Notes under the pieces: model-generated
Database searches by the model: none
What the model saw: only the letters and a program-made list of their open reading frames with translations
Told to the model about the DNA's origin: nothing
Made by a program: the position numbers and the translations under genes
Part shown: piece by piece, positions 12,862 to 24,886 of the stretch
Layout of the letters: every line of letters begins with the position of its first letter
Numbering within the stretch: position 1 is the first letter of the stretch
From: Selaginella moellendorffii
Taxonomy: Eukaryota > Plantae > Lycopodiophyta
Assembly: GCF_000143415.4 (NCBI RefSeq)
Contig: NW_003314354.1
Span: 459,989-523,988, forward strand
Reading direction: 5' to 3'
Length of the DNA stretch: 64,000 nt

Positions 12862-13350
12862 AAATAAAAGAGTTTTTAGGGCTCTTGTGTATTGAGTATT
12901 CGAGGTCATGGCGCCCGCGGCTACCACGGCGATCGCGTCGGCTTCCACCACAGATCGCCTCCTCCGCCGCCAGCTTCCAATGGTATGCACTTCGATTTCT
13001 GGGGATTCTTAGCGAAATCTCAAGTTTTTAGCTGCCTTGTTGATGAGGATATTGCCGAGGCCTATACGTAGACAAATGTATATGTGTGGTGTGCCTTAGA
13101 TTGTTTACTGAGGCGCTGGAAGAGCTACACCGGCTGTGTTTCTCTCCCTCTGGATCAAGGTGAGCGTTTGATTCGTCTATCTCTTTGATTCATAATTCTC
13201 AAAATTTGTGGTCGTTTTTTTTGTTTTTGCCAGTAAGCCACTTTGGCACATTGTGGCACATATGGTAACGTCTGTGCCCACTCCTGGACACAGCCAAGTG
13301 TTGTTTCCGCTGGAAAGCCGTGAAGAGCTATCTATCTGTGTATAGATATT
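12859..13350 (+). pseudogene. Deletion-riddled partial duplicate of the SCD1 5' region (15228-16022)
   Basis: Collinear near-identical blocks (atggcgcccgcggctaccacgg; gttgatgaggatattgccgagg; ggatcaaggtgagcgt; cacatatggtaacgtctgtg); SCD1 intron sequence is retained. Confidence 0.9.
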
Positions 13351-13362
13351 GCTTGTTATTCC

Positions 13363-13455
13363 CTACTTCGCTGCTAGTGCTCCTAGGATTTGCTTGGAAG
13401 CAAGTTCCCGGGTGGAAAGAGGAGCAAAGAAAGCCACCGTGTGATCGAGGAAAGC
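13363..13455 (-). pseudogene. Degenerate copy of the MBOAT gene 3' end (~24887-25003)
   Basis: Shared blocks ctgctagt..gctcc, gcttggaagcaagttcccgg and ggtggaaaga.gagcaaagaa in the same order and orientation. Confidence 0.75.
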
Positions 13456-13889
13456 TTCTGGAGGTAAGTTTTTTTTTTTTCTAATTTGCTCGGTTGCCTC
13501 CACAATTCTCCTAAGGTCCCATCTTCTGGAAAATTCGCCGCTCTCTGTCTTAAGGTGGCTATATTTCCTCTCTCACTCACGCTATACACTTCGTCAAGGC
13601 GAAAGCACGGAGGCGTGAAGTGTTACAACAATGCTCTTTGCAACTCCTGCGTGTACAATATTGAATTTTCTGCCCTTGCGTAGTGGAACCCAAAGATGTG
13701 AAACACATCAATCCGGAGCAAGAAGAGGAAGAACGAAGTGGCAAAAATGTCCGTATCATTGATATAGAGGACAATGTCTTGCCAGAATCTTCCGAGGCTG
13801 AAAAGTTTCAAGCGGCTTTAGCTTACTAGAATCTTGTTGTAGCGGAGCGCGGCCAACAACAATGTGCTTACGCTGCTTTTGTTTTTCAG

Positions 13890-13985
13890 CCCTTTTCGAC
13901 TGTGGTTCGCCAGTCCGGCGGAAATCTTTTTTGCTGCGACCATTGTCCCCGCGTGTACTATCTCCATTGCCTGAGCCCCCTCAAG
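13890..13985 (+). pseudogene. Isolated, degenerate PHD-finger exon (CHD3/PICKLE-like)
   Basis: Exon bounded by tttcag and gtaag translates ..VVRQSGGNLFCCDHCPRVYYLHCLSPLK; the first Cys pair is lost. Confidence 0.65.
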
Positions 13986-14230
13986 GTAAGGGAATGCTTA
14001 AAGACGGTGCGCTCTATCTATAAGTTGTGGCGTGGCGATGTATAGAAGAAGAATGGCAGAAGCGGTAACTGCGAAGAACCACTGAAACTTCGAAACCACT
14101 GAAAAATCGCATAAGCTAAGCAGGGATTACATGATCAAAAGACTTCTCCATTCGTAAATTAATCCACTTGGCCAAAAACTAAGCCCTGCCTTTAAGAAGA
14201 TGGCGGAAGAACCCTAGGTGAGAGTGAGCA

Positions 14231-14869
14231 ATGGCACGCGTGTCGCTTGAGAATCTCTTGCCGGATCCCCGATTGTTTTCGGGGATGAGAGCTGGATTAG
14301 CAAGCATCTCCCAGATCCATGGAAGAATCCCGCGGGCTTCCTTGGCGGATATCTGGAAGAGTTACTGGCATACAGGTAAATCCTTTTGTTGTGTCTGTTG
14401 CTTGCGCATTGCGAGTCGCTCAATTTGCAGTGGCGACTTCGACGGCAGGCGGCCAGGCGGGATCCTCTTCCTGTGCGCCAAATGCTATTACGACATGTAT
14501 GCTGCGCTAGACGAGAAGCTTGAACAGGTCGACGATGATCGAGAGAGCTACGCTCTCTACGGCGTGTTGCTCAATCGGGGATACCGAGTCTCGTTTTACA
14601 AGTGGGAGCGGCATCCTGATGGCACGGTCACAAAGGCGGTGTGCCACACAATCTACACTTTCAGGCGTCCCTACGAAGTGCGTGAGATAATTGGGCCAAC
14701 CATTCGGGGCATGCTCAACGAGGTGCAGGACAACAGCGAGCTCGAAGTTCTTGAGGGTGGCACAAGTGAGAGGATGGATCCAAAGTGGCTTGACTACCCT
14801 GCTATAATGTTTAAGCCCTCAATGTGGCGACTCAATGAAGAAGTTCCATCTGGGGTTTCATCTTCGTGA
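14231..14869 (+). CDS. Hypothetical protein, no recognisable family (5' structure uncertain; possible intron 14376-14430)
   Basis: 212-codon open frame with coding-like GC content; CCCTA motif just upstream of the ATG, as at several other genes here. Confidence 0.45.
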   Translation: MARVSLENLLPDPRLFSGMRAGLASISQIHGRIPRASLADIWKSYWHTGKSFCCVCCLRIASRSICSGDFDGRRPGGILFLCAKCYYDMYAALDEKLEQVDDDRESYALYGVLLNRGYRVSFYKWERHPDGTVTKAVCHTIYTFRRPYEVREIIGPTIRGMLNEVQDNSELEVLEGGTSERMDPKWLDYPAIMFKPSMWRLNEEVPSGVSSS

Positions 14870-15278
14870 ACATTTACAGCTGCAATGCTGAAGCCTCGTC
14901 CTCACACCAAGCAGCTCCTCAACCATACAATAACTGCGAGATATCTTGTAAGAGGAATTACCACCTTTTTATTGGTTCAAAATGGTAGAACATCCACAAT
15001 TGATGCAAGATTAACACCACACATTTTTAGCATTTCAAAGGCACAATATCCATTTTGAACCATTATAAGAAAGCCTTCTTGTAAAAATGGTTCCAAGAAT
15101 TATAAGATTTCTCTCCAAAATCTCAAGAGCAAGTCGTGGAGAAATGTCGCATCTAAGATCCACCCAAAATATAAAATTTCTTGCCCGTGACGACGACAAT
15201 CAATGGGATCGACGAGATGAGATCGAGTAGAAATAAAAGGTTATCTCGAAATTTTTTAGGGTTCTTGAGTATCATGTC

Positions 15279-18200
15279 ATGGCGAAGTTAGTGGAGTATT
15301 TCCTCGTCTGCGGCCTCGGTCCAGAGGTCCAGGCGTCGAATGGCGCCCGCGGCTACCACGGGAGTACCGGCGTCTCCTATAGTCCATCGCTGCTGGATCA
15401 GTTCCCTCCGGCTTCCACAGATCGACCTCCTCCGCCGCCCCAACTTCCAATGGTATGCACTTCGATTTCTGGGGATTCCTAGCGAAATATCGATTTTCTT
15501 AGTGCGTTCTACCGGGTGGAGTGGCATTTCATTCGACTGGATTCATAATCACGGACGAATCGAGCTATCCTCGCAGCTATCCAATTATCTTAACTGGTAG
15601 TGTTGATTGTTTATTCCTCTTACAGTCCTATCTTGAGTTCTCTAGACGGCGATGGATCTAAGATCTACGTTAGCTGCGTTGCCTTTCGAGATCCAGTTGA
15701 TGAGGATATTGCCGAGGCATACCGCATTCCTGCGAACTCATACGTAGACAAATGTATATGTCTGGTGTCACACTCGCCTTGCTTTAGATTGTTTGCAGAG
15801 GCGCTGGAAGAGCTTCACCGGCTGTGTTTCTCTCCCTCTGGATCAAGGTGAGCGTATGATCTGTTATCTCTTCGATTCCAATTTTGTGTTCGTTTTTTTT
15901 TTCTTTGCCAGTAAACCACTCTGGGACATTGTGGCACATATGGTAACGTCTGTGCCACTTCCCACTCCTGGACAGAGCCAAGTTTTGTTTTCTCTGGAAA
16001 GCCGTCTTCTGTGTATAGATATGCCTCCGAAGGGCGGTTTTCCTCACGCAGACGTACGATTTCCATTCACAGGACACTAAAATTTTTACTAACCATTGGA
16101 GTTTTGGTTTGCAGATGTCATTTCAACCTCTCCTACAATGCTTGGATGTAGATAATGTTTTGCAGCTCTTTGTTTCTATTCTTCTTGAGAGACGGGTTCT
16201 TCTTCGGGCTAACAAGTAAGATGACGTTGTAAATGTTTCCATTTTATCTTTTGGTGTTCGGTACAGGCTTTCGTTGTTGACAATGGTTGCGGAAGCTGTA
16301 TGCCATCTTATCTATCCAATCAAGTGGCAGGTACATTCTCAGACGACTGTATGCATGCGTTTAAACTTTTTTGTGTGAGCAGCATGTGTACATTCCAGTA
16401 TTATTTTACGCTGGAGTCGACTACATTGAGGCTCCGACTCCCTATTTGATGGGTCTTCATTCGGCTGTTGACATCTCTAACTTTTCGCTGGACGGGGTAT
16501 GATGTCAAATGAACTTCGGTTTTTCCGCTTTACATGTCTTTTTACTCCACAGGTGGTGGTTGTGGATCTGGAAAACAATCAGATATTTTCCTCAGAAGCC
16601 ATACCTCCTCTTACGGAACCTGAAGGCTCAATTCTGCGAAGAGACCTTGTGCGCTTACTGTATCCAAATGTAGTTCATTTGGATCGTGCTCGTAAAACAA
16701 TTGGCGATCCCTGCTATGATGATCTAAGGCTTGGAAATAAGAAATGGAATGAGAAACATGATTTGGAACTGAGGTATGGCCTGATACTAATGTTTTTCTT
16801 ACGCGTGCTAAGCCAGTACCACATTCCAGGCTTATTTTTCTCCAGTTTTTTGCATCAGTTTTGCCTGACTACCGCAAATTTGTGGTAAGTGGTGCATCTT
16901 CTTTTAGATGCGTACTATCTAGTCAAATCTTACGACAGGGGGCTGCGATTGCTCTCCTGGATGCAGGGCAGTGCTCACGTAGCGATGAATGTTTTCAATA
17001 CGCAAGCTTTCTTGAAAAAACGTGCAAGAGCCCTTGGACGTCAACCTGATCCCATGGCAAGTCTTTGGCTTTTTCGTGGTTTGTTTTTTTTTTTTTTACT
17101 GGTTTACGGTGTGCAGATTTTTCAGCTATTGAACTCCCAAGGATTTATGGATTTTCTGGATCGAGGATATGGTGCACCTGATGCGGGTTTAAATCTTGTG
17201 GATAAACTTCAGAGTGTTATCGCTAATAGCGAATCTCGTGGAGCAATTCTACCTCTGCCGTACGACGAGCCTGAAATCATAACCGTTGCAGATATACAGA
17301 GTAAAGGTCCAGGTGAGGAGAAATCGTTCGTTGGTTTTCTATCGATTCAACCACCTGTGTTTCAGCTGCGAGGTCAAGATTTTGTTATGATCGATTTCCT
17401 GCCAACGTGAGGACTCAGTTTGAGGAGGAGAAACGAAGTGCGATTTTGGCTAAAGCAAACGCAAGTTTCGACCGTCCCAATAGACCAGCTGTTTCAAGGT
17501 GAATGCAATTTTATCTGCTGGAAAATGTTGTCTAATCAACTTTTGTTTTTACAGTCCTGTTTCAGGGAGTTTCAGTCCACGAGAAAGAGCTGTAAGTATT
17601 ATGGTTTTCTGCACACTTATAGTAAAAGACTCATTCAGGCTGAGCGGGACCGCATGGTGCTCGACATAAAAGTCAAACTCCAGGTACTTGCTAACTTGTC
17701 AATACGCAATCTTACGGGTTTTTAAAACTCAGGGATTGTGGCTACGGCTTCTCAATTTAAGTTCTGTAGAGGATCCCTTTTCGTCGTTTGAATATGGCAC
17801 CATACTCGGTAAGATCTCGTTCTCATTACGTAGTGCTCCTAAGCTTTTTTTCTGCAGCTTTGATTGAGTCCGATGCGGAAGGTATTGGTGGAAGTGGATT
17901 TGTTGAGTGTGTCAGGGAGCATATTCACTCGGTAAGCTAAATGGTTTTGGTACACGCTGTTCTAAAGCTCGAACCTTTGCAGGGGTGGCAATGTCGTGTT
18001 TCCGAGGAACAATTTGTGGCAGTTAAAGAGCTTGTAAGTACTCTTTTGTTTTCTTTAAGTTCTCTCCAATCTTTATTCTTTTCCTTTGCAGGTGAAAACC
18101 ATTGTCAATCGTGCTACTTCACGCAATGATATGGAAACAGTTCGGGATGCACTGGAGATTTCTGCCGAAGTTCACCGTCGTGATGCTGGCAATATTTTAG

Positions 18201-20524
18201 ACTTTGTACAACGTCATTTGGGGTCTTTGCCAGTTTGGGACGACATACGGTGAGCCTAAGTTGTTTCTTAAATATCTTTTAACTGTAAAATTGCAGTTTC
18301 TGGGAAGGATATTGTGAGTATATAATGGAACGTTCCTCTGATAGGTATTGATTTCTTTATAAATCTTAATTCTCTTGGTGAACATGTGTTGCCTGTCTTA
18401 GGACTGGGAAGTATGCTGATCTTGTAACCGAACAACTTGTCGTCATAGCTCGGCACCTGGTACGATATGATTTGAATTCTACGTTTTATTGCTTGATTTT
18501 TATAGGCTGGTTTGAAAGTTCCGGATCCAGAGGCCTGGCTAATTCTTGAGTCATTAGCATTGAAGAATAATCTTGGATCAAAGCAACTGGTGGGTGTGCA
18601 CACTTTTTTCAATCACGTCCAATGACATTTTCCTTTTTTTTTTCTGCAGATAAAATTAAGAGGCATTTTAGCTCATGTACAGAATGTGAAACAAGGTTAC
18701 TGGGGAAAACTACCTACATCAAGAGCACAGCCAGTAGCCTCTTATCCTCAAGATCGACAAGAAAACGATGACAGTCAGAGCTCTCAAGCGGCGGGTGCTG
18801 GAAGAAGCTGGATGCAAAGTATGTTTAGCAGGGATCGCGCCTCGTTCAGACAACCTGCCAACGACGGTCGAGGTCGTACGGACGCACCTGTTTCAGGTAA
18901 GTTCTTTATGAAATAAAGTGTTTCTGTTGATGGTTTTCCCGTTTAGGCTCAAGGCAGAATCAGCGAGCCAATGTAGACAGTACGCAGGCAGTGAAACGGT
19001 CTCCAGCTTTGCGAAACCTTCGTGGTCATACAGGTCCTGTGACAGCATTGCACGTGGGAACGAGAAGTGAAATGGGGGATCTTGTCGGCGAAAATGAACC
19101 AGGCATGTTTATAAGTGGATCTGCTGACTGCACGGTTCGTTCTAGTCTCGGTTCTCTGATTTAGCATTGACAAAACATTAAGTGCAGTTAAAAATATGGG
19201 ATCCAACCGTGCGTGGTTCTGAGTTTCGAGCAACATTAGAAGGACACACGGCGTATGTTTTAACTGTGTGGTTTGTTGATGTTTGTCCGTCTAACGATTC
19301 GTCTACAGGACAATTCGTGCAATATCGTCCGATAAGCTGCGTATAGTTTCCGGTGGCGACGATACTCTTGTACTTATCTGGGACAAGGCTACGTCTCAGA
19401 ACAGCATGAAGCTCGACGGTCACAGAGAAAAGGTACTCTTTATGTCTTTACTTGAAATAGTTTGTGAAGCATGGAAATCGCAGATAAGCTGCGTGAGGAT
19501 GCTGTCGGAGGAACGAGTTCTTTCGGCGTCCCATGATGGCACGGTCAAGATGTGGGATGCCAGAACGGACGCATGCGTTGCCAACGTGGGACAATCTTCG
19601 AGTGCAATTCTATGCATGGACTACGATGACACTACGAGAATCCTTGCTGCCGCAGGAATGGACGGGTATGCTTGTTGTTACGTCAAGCATCTATCTTGAT
19701 GCTATTTATTTTGCTCAGAGTTGTGAAAGTCTGGGATGTCCGAGCTGGGAAACAGGTTCATATGCTTCTCGGTCACAAGAAGTGGATAAGGTAAAGCTGG
19801 TTGTTCTTGGCTTGTGAGACTGTGTTTTCTTTTGCTGCCTTGGCCAGAACTTTGAGAATGGTGAAGGATACGATCGTCACTGGAAGTGACGACTGGACAG
19901 CGAGGGTGTGGTCTGTGTCTCAAGGTTCTTGCGACGCAGTCCTTGCATGTCACGCAGGTGGAATCACCTGCGTGGAGTACTCTGCTACAGACGATGGAAT
20001 CATCACAGGTTTGTTGCTTCACTTCTACTTGTGCTACTTACACATTGCTCTTTTCATACAGGTTCGGCAGATGGTCTGGTTCGCATTTGGGAGTATCAAA
20101 ACGGTAAGCAGAGTTTTCATTTCTTCGCTTCCGAGAGTAACCAATGATGTATAATGTGTGCATCAGGAGGCTTGCTTCAGTGCGTGAAAAACGTCGGTGT
20201 CCACGTTTCGCCCATTCTCTCCGTGAAAGCAGGGCCCCGGTGGCTGGCAATAGGCGCCGGAGATAACTCCATGTCCCTGTTCCACAAGGCGGAGCAAAAC
20301 GACCAAGCAAAGGGAATGGCGGGATGGCAGCTCTACCGCACTCCACAACGTAGCGCCGCAGTGGTACGTGTCGATTGATCTTTATCTTCCAATTCTCTGG
20401 ATCTATGTATAATAAGAACTTTCACTCTTTCCAGGTGAGATGCGTTGCTTGTGATGCGGACAGAGGAAGGATTTGTAGCGGCGGCCGCAATGGGCTTCTT
20501 CGTCTCTGGGAACCAAACCTCTAG
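15279..20524 (+). CDS. SCD1: STOMATAL CYTOKINESIS DEFECTIVE 1 (DENN domain + C-terminal WD40 repeats), multi-exon
   Basis: MAKLVEYFLVCGLGPE uDENN start; YVSCVAFRDPVDEDIAEAYRIPANSYVDKCICLVS; WD40 repeats (LSASHDGTVKMWD, TGSDDWTARVW); ends ICSGGRNGLLRLWEPNL*. Confidence 0.95.
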
Positions 20525-20765
20525 AAATTTTAAAACGAAGTGAATATGCGTTTTTTTTATTTTTGTAAGAACTCGTGATCTAAGTCATTGGCGGGACGAA
20601 ATCCTGGTTGGTTTTGTGTGTAAAGTACACCAAGGATCTTCCGAGCACCATGGACGTAGAACTGCCTATAGTAGTCTCAGTAAGTTCCGAGGTGTACACG
20701 CTAGTTCTTATAATCGAGAAAGGAATATCCGGCGAACATCTTCTCGGATTTAGGGCTTTTCCACA

Positions 20766-23700
20766 ATGCTGAAGAACAAGGCGTTTTTGAAGAAGAATCG
20801 AGGCGGCCGGGTTTTCAAGGTGAGGGATGCTCTTGCGGTCTTGCTTTCGATGGATTTGCGTCTTCGTCCAGGTCGTTCGCGAGCACTACCTGCGCGATGA
20901 TATTCCCTGCGGCGCTACGTTTTGTTCCAGCTGCGACACCTCCACTGCCAATCTCGTTGCGGCCGAGCGGCTTGTTGTGGTCGATACAAATGTGGTGTTA
21001 CACCAGGTGCTTGTTCTTGCCTCTCTTTTTTCTTCTATTAGCGATTTTTTGCGATCTTCTATCTAGATGGATTTGCTCGAAAATCCGGCATTTCGCAACG
21101 TGATCATTTTATCCGTTGTTCTGGAAGAAGTGAAGAACAAGAACTTGAGTGCTTACAATCGCCTGCGCAACATTTGTGCGAATCGATCACGTCAGTTCTT
21201 CGTTTTCTCTAATGAACACCACAGGCAAGATATCAATTATGTCTTCTTCCTAAATCTTTTTCTCTCAGGGAGACTTACATCAAGGCAATGGCGAATGAGA
21301 GTGTTAACGACAGGAATGACAGAGGTACTTGGTTTTTGCTGTTTCCTTTTTCGAAGCGATTTTTCTCTCGAATCTCCAGCTATTCGCGTCGCAACCCAGT
21401 GGTTTCAGAAACACCTCGGAGATGCGTGCACTGTTGTTCTTCTGACAAACGATCTTGACAATAGATCCAAGGCCAATGCAGAAGGAATCAACGTTTTTTC
21501 TGGTACGTTTTCTAGTGAAGTAGATATAACACTTAATAAACTCCTCTTTTAGTGGACCACTTTGTTCAGTCGCTAGACAAGCCAGAATTACTGGATTTGG
21601 TTGCTCGGAGTGAGTCCGAGAATGCCACTCCGATGGAAATAGAGGACTCGAGACCGTCAAAAAGAAAGATCATCTATTCAGAGGTACATGTAACCCAATT
21701 GTCACCGGCGCTTACATTGCATCTTTCAGCACAAACCTATGTCCGAAATCACTGCGGGCATACATCAAGGAATATATCACCAAGGAAAGCTGCGAGTTAA
21801 CAGATATAACCCGTTCCAAGCCTACGTCGGTAGCGAAAGTGTTGGCGACGAGATTTTGGTTCAGGGAAGACTGAATATGAATCGAGCATTTGATGGGGAT
21901 GTGGTTGTCGTAGAGCTTCTCCCGCACCAGTCTTGGCAAGGCGACATGACAATGATTGCTGAAGAGGAAGGTACATAGCTCTAAATCTCCATTTTGTTCT
22001 GAAGCGTTTTACAGACGGCGATGGTGATGAAAGAGTCGGGCTTGCTCCTGACACCTCGGATGAGGCTGCTGTGAACAAGACGGATGAAGCCAGTGAGAAA
22101 GCAACAACGTCCGGTGGATCCAGCAGACCGAATGGACGTGTCATTGGAATAATCAAGCGGAACTGGAGGGCGTAAGAACTTTTCAGTTCGTCATGCTATT
22201 GGGAACGAACGTTTTCACGTTCCTTCTTCAGGTACTGTGGCTCTCTGGAGCCAATGACAACGCCAGCAGGAGCGGGAAGCGTGGCAAATGCATTGTTCGT
22301 GTCAGCGGACCGTCGAATTCCAAAAATCCGTATCCAGACTCGTCAGTTTGGTAATTTGGTTGACAAACGCATCGTGGTGTCTGTCGACTCCTGGGATTTA
22401 AACTCCAGATATCCTTCTGGACATTACGTGAAAACTGTCGGCAAAATTGGCGATCGTGACACAGAAAGCGAGGTAAACGCCTCGTTAAGAACTTGAAAAT
22501 CAGCTCTACGTGTTTTGTTTTCAGGTTCTTCTTATTGAGAATGACATCAACAATAGGCCATTTTCGGACCAAGTGTTGGCCTGCCTCCCGCCGTTGCCTT
22601 GGTCGGTACCCGCAGAAGCGTTGCACGATCCTCATCGTGAAGATTTACGAAATTTGAGGGTGTTCAGTGTAGACCCCATTGGTAAGGATGATCAGTGCGT
22701 AATGCTGCTTTCATTTACAATTGCTGTTAAAATGTGTAGGCTGCAAGGATATCGATGACGCTCTTCACTGTACCTTACTGCCAACTGGCAACTATCAAGT
22801 CGGAGTCCGTATCCAATCTTGTGTTTATATTCTTTTCTCTGTTCCATCCTTAATAACTTTCCAGATATTGCGGATGTAACAAGCTTTGTTCATCCTGGTA
22901 CACCTCTAGACATTGAAGCTCAGGAAAGAGGAACATCTGTTTACTTGGTTGAACGTCGCATTGACATGCTTCCCAAGCCGCTTACTGAAGGTTAGCTCGA
23001 ATTCGTGGATTTTCAGTGGTATTTACGTATATACAATGCAGATGTGTGCTCTCTCAGAGCGGATGTAGAAAGATTTGTTTTCTCGGTCATTTGGGTAATG
23101 CCAGCTTCGTTAATTTCTATTCATTGTCACTTACAATTCTAAATTCAGGAGATGTCCTCAGAGGCGGATATAATTTCAGTTCGATTTACAAAGGGCGTAA
23201 TCAAGTCCTCCGCTGCTCTTTCGTACGTTGAAGCTCAAGCCCGAATGGATGATAGGTACGTACACTTGCTCCGAATTTTCTTGAAGTGGAGAGTAACTTG
23301 TACGTCAGCCGAATGTCGGACCCCTTAACTACTGATCTTCGGAACATGAATCGCCTCGCTAAGGTTGTTAAGCTTTTTGTCTCTGCCATGCTCATCGGCA
23401 AACTGCAGGTTTTGAGGCAAAGGCGAATTGAACGCGGGGCTCTTACTCTTGCTTCTCCTGAAGTGAAGTTCGAAATTGATACAGAAACACATAATCCTTT
23501 GGATGTTGGTCAGTATTCTGCGTTTACGTTTGCAAAGTTAATCTAAACTAACAGAAGGTTGTTTCAGGCATGTACCAAGTAAGAGAATCAAATCACATGG
23601 TCGAAGAGTTTATGCTGTTGGCAAATATTTCAGTCGCGAAGAAGATATTGTCGAGTTTCCCAGTGTTTTCTCTTCTCAGGTATTTTTCTTTTTTCTTTAT

Positions 23701-24803
23701 TTTTTTTTTCAGCAAACCTTGGATTGAACTTGACAGACGGCATCCTACGCCAACATCGAAAATGTTTGAGCCTCTTCTAAAAATTGCTTCGGCAGTAGGC
23801 ATCAAACTGGACATCACTTCGTCTATGACTCTCGCAAATACTCTTGACCTTGCAGTGGTATGTGTAGAACTTTACATGTTTTTTGTTTACCGCCTCACGT
23901 TTACATGCATATAGGGGGATGATCCATACTTCAACAAATTGATAAGAATTCTTGCAACTCGGTGCATGACCCAAGTAAGCTGATTTTATAGCGTTTAGTA
24001 GCTCATATTTGCGTTGTTGCCTTTCAGGCGGTTTACTTTTGCAGTGGCGAGCTAAGCCCTCCAGAGTTTCAACATTACGGACTTGCATCAGCAATATACA
24101 CACATTTCACGTCTCCCATCAGGCGATATGCTGGTAAGTGACCACTTATGCTGTTGATGTGAATCTTATTAAACAGCGTCTCAACGCAGATGTGATTGTA
24201 CACCGGTTGCTGGCTGCAGCTTTGGATTTGGAAAAGCTGTCACCGTCCTTACGCGACAAATCCGAGGTCACGAAGATCGCAGACAGTAAGGCTATGGCGT
24301 TTCTTCAGTGACCTCATGTCTCACTTTACTCAAACAGATTTGAACTACCGGCATCGAAACGCGCAAATGGCAGGCCGAGCATCAGTGGAGCTCCACACTT
24401 TAATGTTTTTCAGAAACAGGTTGTTCTTCACGGATCTTTTGTGCGGTTTCTCACGCATTGTCTCGTTGTAAGCAGGCCTACAGACGCAGACGCAAGGATT
24501 GTACAGATCCGATCCAACGGGCTGATAGTGTTTGTTCCAAAGTATCTATTCTCCTCGTTGTTTGCAAATCTCTGTACTGAATCTGGAATTCGCTTTGCAA
24601 GGTATGGCATTGAAGGGCCCGTGTTCCTGGTTGACAAGGCAAGCAAGTCGAGTACCAACTGGATAATGGACGAGGAGCAACAGTGTGCCAATGCTCGGGA
24701 TGGTAGTTCCAAGTACAAAGTGCTAGACAGCGTGAAGATTCGCATTCAAGTTGTGGAGCCGCAGCCAAACAGGCCCAAGTTGGAACTTACTTTACTGGCA
24801 TAA
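20766..24803 (+). CDS. RRP44: Exosome catalytic subunit RRP44/DIS3 (PIN + RNB + S1), multi-exon
   Basis: [25 protein letters not shown] (PIN), [14 protein letters not shown] (RNB), [20 protein letters not shown]. Confidence 0.96.
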
Positions 24804-24886
24804 CAGGTAGATCATGTTAAAGCTTCTCTTCGTTTTCTAAACCTCTCGCCTCTTACTCGCAGCGATTCTTCAAACTTTGTTACTGG

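Noticed and set aside
13590-13660. LCNSC as a GATA zinc-finger remnant
   Set aside because: Only five residues match and the upstream CxxC and W are absent.
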